Positions 15,843 through 23,093 of a DNA stretch of 24,000 bases are shown here, in pieces; the first letter of the stretch is position 1, and each line of letters starts with the position of its first letter. The notes under the pieces are model-generated. The model was not told where the DNA came from. It worked only from the letters and a program-made list of their open reading frames with translations, and did no database searches. Source of the DNA: Cronobacter dublinensis subsp. dublinensis LMG 23823 (GTDB lineage: Bacteria > Pseudomonadota > Gammaproteobacteria > Enterobacterales > Enterobacteriaceae). The position numbers and the translations under genes were made by a program. The stretch covers positions 4,211,398-4,235,397 of the forward strand of contig NZ_CP012266.1 in assembly GCF_001277235.1 (NCBI RefSeq), in the 5' to 3' direction.

Positions 15843-16685
15843 ATGCTCAGTTATCGCCACAGCTTCCACGCCGGAAACCACGCCGACGTCCTCAAACACA
15901 CCGTCCAGAGCCTGATCATTGAGTCGCTCAAAGAGAAGGACAAACCGTTTCTGTATCTGGACACCCATGCGGGCGCCGGGCGCTATCAGCTGAGCGGCGA
16001 GCACGCCGAGCGCACGGGCGAATATCTGGACGGCATCGCGCGTATCTGGCAGCGGGATGACCTGCCCGCCGAGCTTGAGCCCTACATCAGCGCGGTGTCG
16101 CATTTCAACCGCAGCGGCCAGTTGCGCTACTACCCTGGCTCACCGCTTATCGCGCGCCAGCTGCTGCGCCCGCAGGACAGCCTGCAACTCACCGAGCTGC
16201 ACCCAAGCGACTTCCCACTGCTGCGCGGCGAATTTCAGAAAGACGACCGCGCCCGCGTTGAGCGCGCCGACGGCTATCAGCAGCTGAAATCCAAACTGCC
16301 GCCCGCCTCACGCCGCGGCCTGATCCTTATCGACCCGCCCTATGAAATCAAAACCGACTACCAGGCGGTGGTTCAGGGCATCAACGAAGGCTATAAGCGC
16401 TTTGCGACCGGCATTTACGCGCTCTGGTATCCGGTAGTGTTGCGTAATCAGATCAAGCGTATGCTGAATGACCTGGAAGCCACCGGCATCCGCCGTATTC
16501 TGCAAATCGAGCTGGCGGTGCGTCCTGACAGCGATCAGCGCGGCATGACCGCCTCCGGCATGATTGTTATCAACCCGCCGTGGAAGCTGGAGCAGCAGAT
16601 GGCGAACGTTCTGCCTTGGCTGCATCAGGCGCTGGTGCCGGCGGGCATCGGCCACACCACGCTGAAGTGGGTCGTGCCGGAGTAA
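15843..16685 (+). CDS. rlmJ: 23S rRNA (adenine2030-N6)-methyltransferase RlmJ (YhiR)
   Basis: MLSYRHSFHAGNHADVLKHTVQSLIIESLKEKDKPFLYLDTHAGAGRYQL and the IDPPYE motif match E. coli RlmJ. Synteny agrees: it is divergent from prlC and upstream of gor. Confidence 0.95.
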   Translation: MLSYRHSFHAGNHADVLKHTVQSLIIESLKEKDKPFLYLDTHAGAGRYQLSGEHAERTGEYLDGIARIWQRDDLPAELEPYISAVSHFNRSGQLRYYPGSPLIARQLLRPQDSLQLTELHPSDFPLLRGEFQKDDRARVERADGYQQLKSKLPPASRRGLILIDPPYEIKTDYQAVVQGINEGYKRFATGIYALWYPVVLRNQIKRMLNDLEATGIRRILQIELAVRPDSDQRGMTASGMIVINPPWKLEQQMANVLPWLHQALVPAGIGHTTLKWVVPE

Positions 16686-16759
16686 TCGCAGCCATAGATG
16701 GACCCTTTTTCCGTCAGCACTACAATTGCGTTAATTCGAATCATTAAAAGGTAACAGCC

Positions 16760-18112
16760 ATGACCAGACACTACGACTACCTCGCCATCGGCGGCGGCAG
16801 TGGCGGTATCGCTTCTGTCAACCGCGCCGCTATGTACGGCCAGAAATGCGCCCTGATTGAAGCCAAAGCGCTGGGCGGCACCTGCGTCAATGTCGGCTGC
16901 GTACCGAAAAAAATCATGTGGCACGCCGCGCAAATCGCCGAGGCTATCCACCTTTACGGCCCGGATTACGGCTTTGACACCACGGTGAACCATTTCGACT
17001 GGCAGAAGCTGGTGGCGAGCCGCACCGCCTATATCGACCGTATCCACACCTCATACGACAACGTGCTCGGCAAAAATAATGTCGATGTGATTCAGGGGTT
17101 CGCCCGCTTTGTGGACGCGCATACCGTTGAAGTGAACGGCGAGCGGATCACGGCCGATCATATCCTGATCGCGACCGGCGGTCGTCCGAGTCACCCGGAT
17201 ATTCCAGGCGCGGAATATGGCATCGATTCTGACGGATTCTTCGCGCTGTCGGCGATGCCGCAACGCGTGGCGGTGGTAGGCGCGGGGTATATCGCCGTTG
17301 AGCTTGCGGGCGTTATTAACGCGCTGGGCGCGCAAACGCACCTGTTCGTGCGCAAGCACGCGCCGCTGCGCACGTTCGATCCGATGCTTTCTGAAACGCT
17401 GGTGGAAGTGATGCAGGCCGAAGGCCCGCAGCTGCACACCCACGCGACGCCGACATCAGTGGTGAAAAACAGCGACGGTAGCCTGACGCTGACGCTGGAA
17501 GACGGGCGTGCTGAAACCGTGGACGCGCTGATCTGGGCGATTGGCCGCGAGCCGGAAACCGACAACTTCAACCTGTCGGCAACGGGCGTCAAAACCAACG
17601 AAAAAGGCTACATCATCGTTGATAAATACCAGAATACGAACGTGCCGGGGATTTATGCGGTGGGCGACAACACCGGCGCGGTCGAACTGACGCCGGTCGC
17701 GGTCGCCGCGGGCCGTCGTCTCTCCGAGCGTCTGTTTAACAACAAGCCGGATGAACATCTCGATTACAGCAATATTCCGACCGTGGTGTTCAGCCATCCG
17801 CCGATCGGCACCGTCGGGCTGACCGAGCCGCAGGCGCGCGAGCAGTATGGCGACGCGGAGGTCAAAATCTATAAGTCGTCGTTTACCGCGATGTACACCG
17901 CCGTCACCTCGCACCGCCAGCCGTGCCGTATGAAGCTGGTGTGCGTCGGGCCGGAGGAGAAAATCGTCGGCATCCACGGCATCGGTTTCGGTATGGACGA
18001 AATGCTGCAGGGCTTCGCGGTGGCGCTGAAGATGGGCGCGACCAAAAAAGACTTCGACAACACGGTCGCCATCCACCCGACAGCGGCGGAAGAATTTGTG
18101 ACCATGCGTTAA
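16760..18112 (+). CDS. gor: Glutathione-disulfide reductase
   Basis: The motifs are [15 protein letters not shown], the redox-active [13 protein letters not shown], and a C-terminal [12 protein letters not shown]. The length is 450 aa. Confidence 0.95.
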   Translation: MTRHYDYLAIGGGSGGIASVNRAAMYGQKCALIEAKALGGTCVNVGCVPKKIMWHAAQIAEAIHLYGPDYGFDTTVNHFDWQKLVASRTAYIDRIHTSYDNVLGKNNVDVIQGFARFVDAHTVEVNGERITADHILIATGGRPSHPDIPGAEYGIDSDGFFALSAMPQRVAVVGAGYIAVELAGVINALGAQTHLFVRKHAPLRTFDPMLSETLVEVMQAEGPQLHTHATPTSVVKNSDGSLTLTLEDGRAETVDALIWAIGREPETDNFNLSATGVKTNEKGYIIVDKYQNTNVPGIYAVGDNTGAVELTPVAVAAGRRLSERLFNNKPDEHLDYSNIPTVVFSHPPIGTVGLTEPQAREQYGDAEVKIYKSSFTAMYTAVTSHRQPCRMKLVCVGPEEKIVGIHGIGFGMDEMLQGFAVALKMGATKKDFDNTVAIHPTAAEEFVTMR

Positions 18113-18132
18113 TCGCGAGTCTGCGTTGTACT

Positions 18133-18165
18133 AAAAATCAGGGGAGGCATCAGCCTCCCCTTTTT
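18133..18165. terminator. Bidirectional rho-independent terminator between gor and the convergent 534-aa gene
   Basis: A stem pairs AGGGGAGGC (18140-18148) with GCCTCCCCT (18153-18161) around an ATCA loop. TTTTT lies downstream and AAAAA upstream. Confidence 0.8.
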
Positions 18166-18177
18166 ACTGCCCTGCGC

Positions 18178-19782
18178 TTAGCGGATCGTCTGGTAAATCG
18201 CCTCGCGGATTTTCACCCACTTTTTCGTCTCTTCGCCGGGGTTCGCCTGGGCGCGCAGCTGCGCCTGTTCAAGCTCATATTTCTGGCGCTGCACCACCAC
18301 CGGCACAGTACAAAACGCCTGCAAATATTGCTTACGCATCGACGTCATCTTTTCGCCCTGCGACAGCGCGTGGCTGAGCGTCGTTATCATGCGCCGACAC
18401 GGTTTAAGCTCATCCATCTGCAGGCGATAACGCAGCAGGGTTTCCAGCGTCGCTTCATGATTTTTGGCGAGCGCCTGCTCGGTCCAGGCCACCTTCCAGT
18501 TCATCCCGGCTTCTAAAAAGAGGCGCGTCACCACGGCGTCATCACGATCGATAGCGGCGCGCAGGTTCCCTTGATCCCAGGTAATGCCCATATTGCTGAG
18601 CTTATGGCGCGGGCTGTCGTCGCTATTTTCCGGCTCGGCGGCCATCGCGGTGGCGACCGGCATTGTCGCGTTACGCTCCGCCGCGGGCGGGTTGAGGGAA
18701 TCGCTGGCGATAAACAACCCGCCGACCACCAGCGCGATAGCGCCGAGGCCCACCGCGCCCCACACCGCGCTCATCACCAGCTGGCGGGTCTCCTGCTTTT
18801 TGCCGTCCTGGCGTCGGCTCGGGCTTTCGATGGCGTCGCGCACGTCAAAAATATCGCCGCCGACCACGCTGTTTTTCTTCGCCGCATGGTCGAAAAACGT
18901 TTTCAGCTGCGCGTCGTCAGCTTTCATCAGCGCGGCAGGGTTAACGCGCGTGCGCCCCTCGCCGCAGGCTTTATGCAGCGGTGCGCTGATGGCGTTGAAA
19001 TAGTTATCCAGCATCACTTCCTGCGCGCCGGAGAGCGGTTTGCCGAGCGCGGCGGTATTACGGATATCGCGGATGTCATCCAGCAGCGTTTGCAGGGTTT
19101 TACGCGGCTCGACGAACAGCGTCAGCGAGGTCGCGCCCTGGAAAAGCCGGTCGTAGTGGCGGGCGAAGAGTTTTTTGTCCACCACCAGCATCGCCAGCTC
19201 GCTGAACAGCATGCCGCTCAGCACGTCGCCCTTGTCGCCCATTTTCAGCCAGCGACGCACTTTATCGCCGCCGCACAGCTGCTTCAGCTCATTGACGCGC
19301 TGCTGTTCGTCGGGCCATGTTTCACGCACCATGCCGCGCAGCGTCAGATCCAGCGCGCGCAGCTGGCGCAGCGCTTCTCCCTGCTTCGCGTCTTTATTCA
19401 CGTCCATATCGGTGGAGTAACCGAGCTTCGGCTGCTGGTTGCGCACCTTCTCAAGGCAGGTCACGAAGCGCAGCGCGGCGAGAAGCTGGTTCTCAGTCAC
19501 ATCCTGACCGCTCTCATATTGCGGCACCAGCTGCTGTAAATGACGCAGTTGCAGGGTGAACTGCGACATGTCGGCGTCGTTGAGGTTAAGGCGTCGGGCG
19601 ACGGTCGCCCAGTTGCCGAGATTCAGGCGCGCCTGGTCGAGCTGTTGTAAAAACCACTGCGGATCTTTTCCTTCCGCGACGTTAACGCCTAGCAAAACCA
19701 GGATCTCAACCGACGCCTGACGAATCACCGTCAGCGCAGTTTCAAACGTTTCTCTTACCAGAGGCTGTGTGGAGCGGGCCAT
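18178..19782 (-). CDS. Membrane-anchored protein of unknown function with an N-terminal Swt1-like HEPN-type domain (degenerate Rx4-6H motif), one TM helix and a C-terminal ankyrin-like region
   Basis: This is a 534-aa ORF with AAGGA 7 nt upstream of the ATG. Residues ~140-270 follow the Swt1-like HEPN pattern and end in IRNTAALGKPLS. A single hydrophobic helix spans residues 335-359, preceded by SRRQDGKKQETRQ. Residues ~400-455 look ankyrin-repeat-like. The domain calls come from by-eye pattern recognition only. Confidence 0.75.
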   Translation of the reverse strand: MARSTQPLVRETFETALTVIRQASVEILVLLGVNVAEGKDPQWFLQQLDQARLNLGNWATVARRLNLNDADMSQFTLQLRHLQQLVPQYESGQDVTENQLLAALRFVTCLEKVRNQQPKLGYSTDMDVNKDAKQGEALRQLRALDLTLRGMVRETWPDEQQRVNELKQLCGGDKVRRWLKMGDKGDVLSGMLFSELAMLVVDKKLFARHYDRLFQGATSLTLFVEPRKTLQTLLDDIRDIRNTAALGKPLSGAQEVMLDNYFNAISAPLHKACGEGRTRVNPAALMKADDAQLKTFFDHAAKKNSVVGGDIFDVRDAIESPSRRQDGKKQETRQLVMSAVWGAVGLGAIALVVGGLFIASDSLNPPAAERNATMPVATAMAAEPENSDDSPRHKLSNMGITWDQGNLRAAIDRDDAVVTRLFLEAGMNWKVAWTEQALAKNHEATLETLLRYRLQMDELKPCRRMITTLSHALSQGEKMTSMRKQYLQAFCTVPVVVQRQKYELEQAQLRAQANPGEETKKWVKIREAIYQTIR

Positions 19783-20052
19783 GTTGCATCCTTTTCACGC
19801 TCAACGCCCCGCAAAAAACGCGAACAGGGCGGGCGAAATTTCACTTAAGTATATTGTTATTTCTGAATTTTTTGTCTGCGCTGACAGGCAGTGAAACAAC
19901 ATAACCCAAAATGGCCGGAAAAAAAGCGACAGCGCGGTTTTCGCGTGAAAAATCGTCGTTTCCTGCCTGAATTAGCAGGGAACGGACGCGACGGGTGACA
20001 GCGGCGCGTTTTTCGGGCAAGACTGTTTTTCTATTCCCCCGACGGAGCCACT

Positions 20053-20625
20053 ATGCACCCCGAGACGCCTTTTCATGACGCCCTGCTGACGTTCGGGTCA
20101 GCCAGCCTCAGTTACCGGCCCATTACGCCCGACGACTGGCCGTTCTTTTTAAGCCTGCAACGCGACGACAACGTCATGCGTTTTGTAACCGACCCGCGCA
20201 CTGACGCGCAGCGAATGCAGGATTTCGCCGCGCGCCTGCCGCCCTGGACGCCGCAAAGCACCCGCTGGCTCTGTTTGCTGATCCGCGAGACGCACAGCGG
20301 TCTGCCGGTGGGCGTAACGGGGTTTGTGATGCGCGGCGACGGCATTGCGGAGGTCGGGTTTCTGCTCAGCAGCGCCTTTCAGGGGCGCGGCTATGGCTAT
20401 GAGTCGCTGCGCGCGGTTTGTCGCTTAGCGTTTGAGACGTGCGGGCTGCGTCGGCTGGTCGCGACCGTGACCGGCGGCAATATCGCCTCGAAGAAAACGC
20501 TGGAGAAAGCCGGGTTTATCCAGGAAGGCACGCTGCGGGAGAGCTATTACCTCGGCGGGCGCTGGCACGACGACTGGCTGTTCGGCCTGCTGGCGCGCGA
20601 CTATTTACCGGAAAGTGAATTCTGA
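20053..20625 (+). CDS. GNAT family N-acetyltransferase (RimJ/RimL-like)
   Basis: The acetyl-CoA binding region is FQGRGYGYESLRAVCRLAFE. The RimJ/L-like tail is LRRLVATVTGGNIASKKTLEKAGFIQEGTLRESYYLGGRWHDDWLFGLL. GGAG lies upstream of the ATG. Confidence 0.85.
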   Translation: MHPETPFHDALLTFGSASLSYRPITPDDWPFFLSLQRDDNVMRFVTDPRTDAQRMQDFAARLPPWTPQSTRWLCLLIRETHSGLPVGVTGFVMRGDGIAEVGFLLSSAFQGRGYGYESLRAVCRLAFETCGLRRLVATVTGGNIASKKTLEKAGFIQEGTLRESYYLGGRWHDDWLFGLLARDYLPESEF

Positions 20626-20631
20626 CGCAAA

Positions 20632-20659
20632 GGTGGGTGCGTTGCGCTTACCCACCCTA
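20632..20659 (+). repeat. REP-like palindromic unit (first of an inverted pair)
   Basis: GGTGGGTGCGTTGCGCTTACCCACCCTA starts 7 nt after the GNAT stop. It is related to the unit at 12780-12808. Confidence 0.6.
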
Positions 20660-20699
20660 AACAAGACGAGATACGCCAGCTTCATTTTCGCAGTTTTCC

Positions 20700-20726
20700 A
20701 GGGTGGGTAAGCGAAGCGCACCCGCC
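20700..20726 (-). repeat. REP-like palindromic unit (second of the pair, opposite orientation)
   Basis: The plus strand reads AGGGTGGGTAAGCGAAGCGCACCCGCC. Its reverse complement, GGCGGGTGCGCTTCGCTTACCCACCCT, aligns with the unit at 20632. The arrangement is BIME-like. Confidence 0.6.
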
Positions 20727-20822
20727 GCCTGCCGCCTCACACGCCACCGCCCCTGAAAAGACGTTTTTGCTTCCTTGTGCCAGGCTTAAAGGACATTCAC
20801 CTGAAACGACACAGGGAGACGT

Positions 20823-21221
20823 ATGAAAAAAACAGTGATTATCGCAACGCTTTCCGCGTTACTGACGCTGCCTGCGCTGGCGGAAGAGAAAGGCGGTTTC
20901 AAAAACGATGAAGCGCCGCCGCCGCCGCACCAGCTAAAAGATGGCTATCGCGGCATCACGGACGCCCGCTCGATCGACGTGAAGCAGGCCAAAGAGATGC
21001 ACGACGGCGGAACGGTGACGCTGCGTGGTTATCTGATCAAGAAAAAAGGCGACGATCTCTATCAGTTCCGCGATAAAGGCGGCGATATCGACGTCATGAT
21101 CCCGCATGCGGTGTTCCAGGGCAAAGACGTCAGCCCGGATGAGCTGGTGGGGATTAGCGGCACGCTCGATAAAAAACAGAAGCCGTACCGCATCCGCGTG
21201 TCTCACTTCCAGAAAGAGTAG
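20823..21221 (+). CDS. YgiW/YdeI-family periplasmic OB-fold (BOF) stress protein
   Basis: The signal peptide is MKKTVIIATLSALLTLPALA. The mature part parallels E. coli YgiW as I recall it: EEKGGF versus AEQGGF, V..AK...D...VTLRG.I..K..DDLY.F.D..G.I.V.I. Confidence 0.8.
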   Translation: MKKTVIIATLSALLTLPALAEEKGGFKNDEAPPPPHQLKDGYRGITDARSIDVKQAKEMHDGGTVTLRGYLIKKKGDDLYQFRDKGGDIDVMIPHAVFQGKDVSPDELVGISGTLDKKQKPYRIRVSHFQKE

Positions 21222-21232
21222 CCCGTCTGACG

Positions 21233-21266
21233 CCTTGCCCGGTCATGCCGGGCAAGGTCATCTTTT
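21233..21266 (+). terminator. Rho-independent terminator after the ygiW-like gene
   Basis: A perfect 10-bp stem pairs CCTTGCCCGG (21233-21242) with CCGGGCAAGG (21248-21257) around a TCATG loop, followed by TCATCTTTT. It overlaps the stop of the convergent SDR gene. Confidence 0.7.
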
Positions 21267-22023
21267 ACAGGAACATCCCGCCGGAAACCTCAATACGCTG
21301 CGCGTTCGCCCAGCCAAGCTCATCACTAACAATCGCCGCCATCGCCGCGCCGATATCGTCCGGCAGGCCTACACGGCCAAGCGCCGTCTGCGAGGCGATA
21401 AAGCGATTAAGCTCGTCATTGTCGCGCACCTGCCCGCCGCCGAAGTCCGTTTCAATCGCGCCTGGCGCAATGATATTAACCGCAATCTTGCGGCTGCCCA
21501 GCTCTTTGGCCTGATAGCGGGTCAGCACTTCCATCGCGCCCTTCATCGACGCATAGGCGGAGTAGCCAGGCAGCGCGAAGCGTGTCAGCCCGCTCGACAC
21601 ATTCAGGATGCGCCCGCCGTCGTTAATCAGCGGCAACAGCTGCTGAGTCAGGAAGAACGGCCCTTTGAAGTGAATGTTCACTAACTCATCAAACTGCGCC
21701 TCGCTGAATTCGCTGAACGGCGCATAAATGCCGACACCCGCGTTGTTGATTAAATAATCAAACCGGTCGCGCTGCCAGGTCTGTTGCAGCTGCGCCTTAA
21801 CCTGCTCTGCAAAGGCCGGGAAGCTGGCGCTATCGGCGACGTTTAGCGCAAGAGCCGCGGCTTTTCCGCCTTTTTGTTCAATTTCATGCACGACGGCATC
21901 GGCGTCCTCGCGTCGGCGCTGATACGTCAGCAGAACGCCAATTCCACGCTCTGCGAGCTTCAGCGCTGCGTTTTTACCGAGCCCGCGGCTGCCGCCAGTG
22001 ATAATTGCGATACGTTGCGTCAT
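21265..22023 (-). CDS. Classical short-chain dehydrogenase/reductase (SDR) family oxidoreductase
   Basis: The motifs are ITGGSRGLGKNAA (TGxxxGxG), NNAG, the S...YASMK catalytic motif, PGAIETDF and a C-terminal SGGMFL. The length is 252 aa. Confidence 0.9.
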   Translation of the reverse strand: MTQRIAIITGGSRGLGKNAALKLAERGIGVLLTYQRRREDADAVVHEIEQKGGKAAALALNVADSASFPAFAEQVKAQLQQTWQRDRFDYLINNAGVGIYAPFSEFSEAQFDELVNIHFKGPFFLTQQLLPLINDGGRILNVSSGLTRFALPGYSAYASMKGAMEVLTRYQAKELGSRKIAVNIIAPGAIETDFGGGQVRDNDELNRFIASQTALGRVGLPDDIGAAMAAIVSDELGWANAQRIEVSGGMFL

Positions 22024-22114
22024 AAATACCTCTTTTGGGTCAGGGTGGTCGTTGAGAAAAAGCTTATTAGCTGCTACAAAAACGATAAAGAGCGCCAGTT
22101 ACGCTTCACTGTTC

Positions 22115-22131
22115 CATTGATAACAACAATG
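22115..22131. promoter_or_regulatory. Candidate LysR-type (T-N11-A) dyad in the SDR/yhjC divergent region
   Basis: CATTG-ATAACAA-CAATG is a perfect 5-bp inverted repeat and contains T-N11-A. It lies ~92 nt upstream of the SDR start and 11 nt upstream of the yhjC ATG. This is a motif match only. Confidence 0.25.
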
Positions 22132-22141
22132 AGCCCAAACG

Positions 22142-23041
22142 ATGGATAAAATTCACGCAATGCGTTTATTCGTGCGCGTGGCCGAGCTGGAGAGTTTTAC
22201 CCGCGCCGCCGAAACCCTGAGCCTGCCGAAGGGCAGCGTTTCTCGCCAGATCCAGGCGCTGGAGAGCGCGCTTGGCACACGCCTGCTGCACCGCACCACG
22301 CGACGGGTGCATCTCACTCAGGACGGCCAGGTCTATTACGAGCGCGCCCGCGATCTGCTCGCCAACCTTGATGAACTCGACGGCCTGTTCCTGCACGATC
22401 CGGCGAGCGTCAGCGGGCGGCTGCGGGTCGACATGCCGGTGGCGGTGGCGCAAAACGTGGTGATCCCCCGCCTGCCGGAGTTCCTTCATCACTACCCCGG
22501 CATCGCGCTGGAGCTCAGCAGCAGCGACCGGCTGGTGGATGTGGTGCGTGAAGGCTTCGACTGCGTGGTGCGCGTCGGCCAGCTGAAGGACTCCGGGCTG
22601 GTGGCGAGGCCGCTTGGCAGACTGAGCCAGGTGAACTGCGCGAGCCCGGATTATCTGGCGCGCTTCGGCTGCCCGGAAACGCTCGACGATCTCGCCTCGC
22701 ACGCGATGGTGCACTACACCCCGACGCTCGGCACCCGGCCTTTGGGCTTTGAAATCGGGCATGAGAGCGAAAGTGAGTGGATACAAACCGGCGGCGTGCT
22801 GACGGTGAACAGCACCGAAACCTATCAGGCCGCCTGCTTCGCCGGGCTGGGGATTATTCAGGTGCCGCGCATCGGCGTGCGCGAGGCGCTGCGCAGCGGA
22901 AAGCTGGTGGAAGTGCTACCGCAGTATCGCGCGGCCCCGATGCCGGTATCGCTTATTTACCCGCACCGGCGGCATCTGTCGCGCCGCGTGCATCTGTTTA
23001 TGGAGTGGCTGGCGTCGGTGATGAAAAGTTACGTTGACTAG
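22142..23041 (+). CDS. yhjC: LysR-family transcriptional regulator YhjC
   Basis: MDKIHAMRLFVRVAELESFTRAAETLSLPKGSVSRQIQALE and later blocks (LTVNS.E.Y, GLGIIQ.PRI.VREALR.G.L.EVLP.YRA, LSRRV.LFM.WLA.VMK.Y.D) match E. coli YhjC as I recall it. It is followed by yhjD as in E. coli. Confidence 0.85.
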   Translation: MDKIHAMRLFVRVAELESFTRAAETLSLPKGSVSRQIQALESALGTRLLHRTTRRVHLTQDGQVYYERARDLLANLDELDGLFLHDPASVSGRLRVDMPVAVAQNVVIPRLPEFLHHYPGIALELSSSDRLVDVVREGFDCVVRVGQLKDSGLVARPLGRLSQVNCASPDYLARFGCPETLDDLASHAMVHYTPTLGTRPLGFEIGHESESEWIQTGGVLTVNSTETYQAACFAGLGIIQVPRIGVREALRSGKLVEVLPQYRAAPMPVSLIYPHRRHLSRRVHLFMEWLASVMKSYVD

Positions 23042-23093
23042 CGGCGGGCTATACTTTGAAGCAAGTTGTAAAAAATAAAAGGAATCAACGCTA

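Noticed and set aside
18571-19539. A 322-aa plus-strand ORF antisense to the HEPN-like gene. I considered it as the possible real gene at this locus.
   Set aside because: It is low-complexity (Arg/Ala/His/Gln-rich) and lacks a Shine-Dalgarno sequence. The minus-strand ORF is longer, has AAGGA upstream, a coherent TM helix and recognisable domain-like patterns, and is bracketed by a terminator.
20916-20927. A PPPP run (four CCG codons) near the mature N-terminus of the YgiW-like protein.
   Set aside because: It would be an EF-P-dependent stalling motif, but it lies in a linker that is variable in this family. It is probably a trivial low-complexity spacer rather than a regulatory feature.
23050-23055. 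A TATACT hexamer upstream of yhjD, considered as a possible -10 element.
   Set aside because: The only good -35-like hexamer (TTGACT) is just 10 nt upstream, which is the wrong spacing. I did not report it as a promoter.
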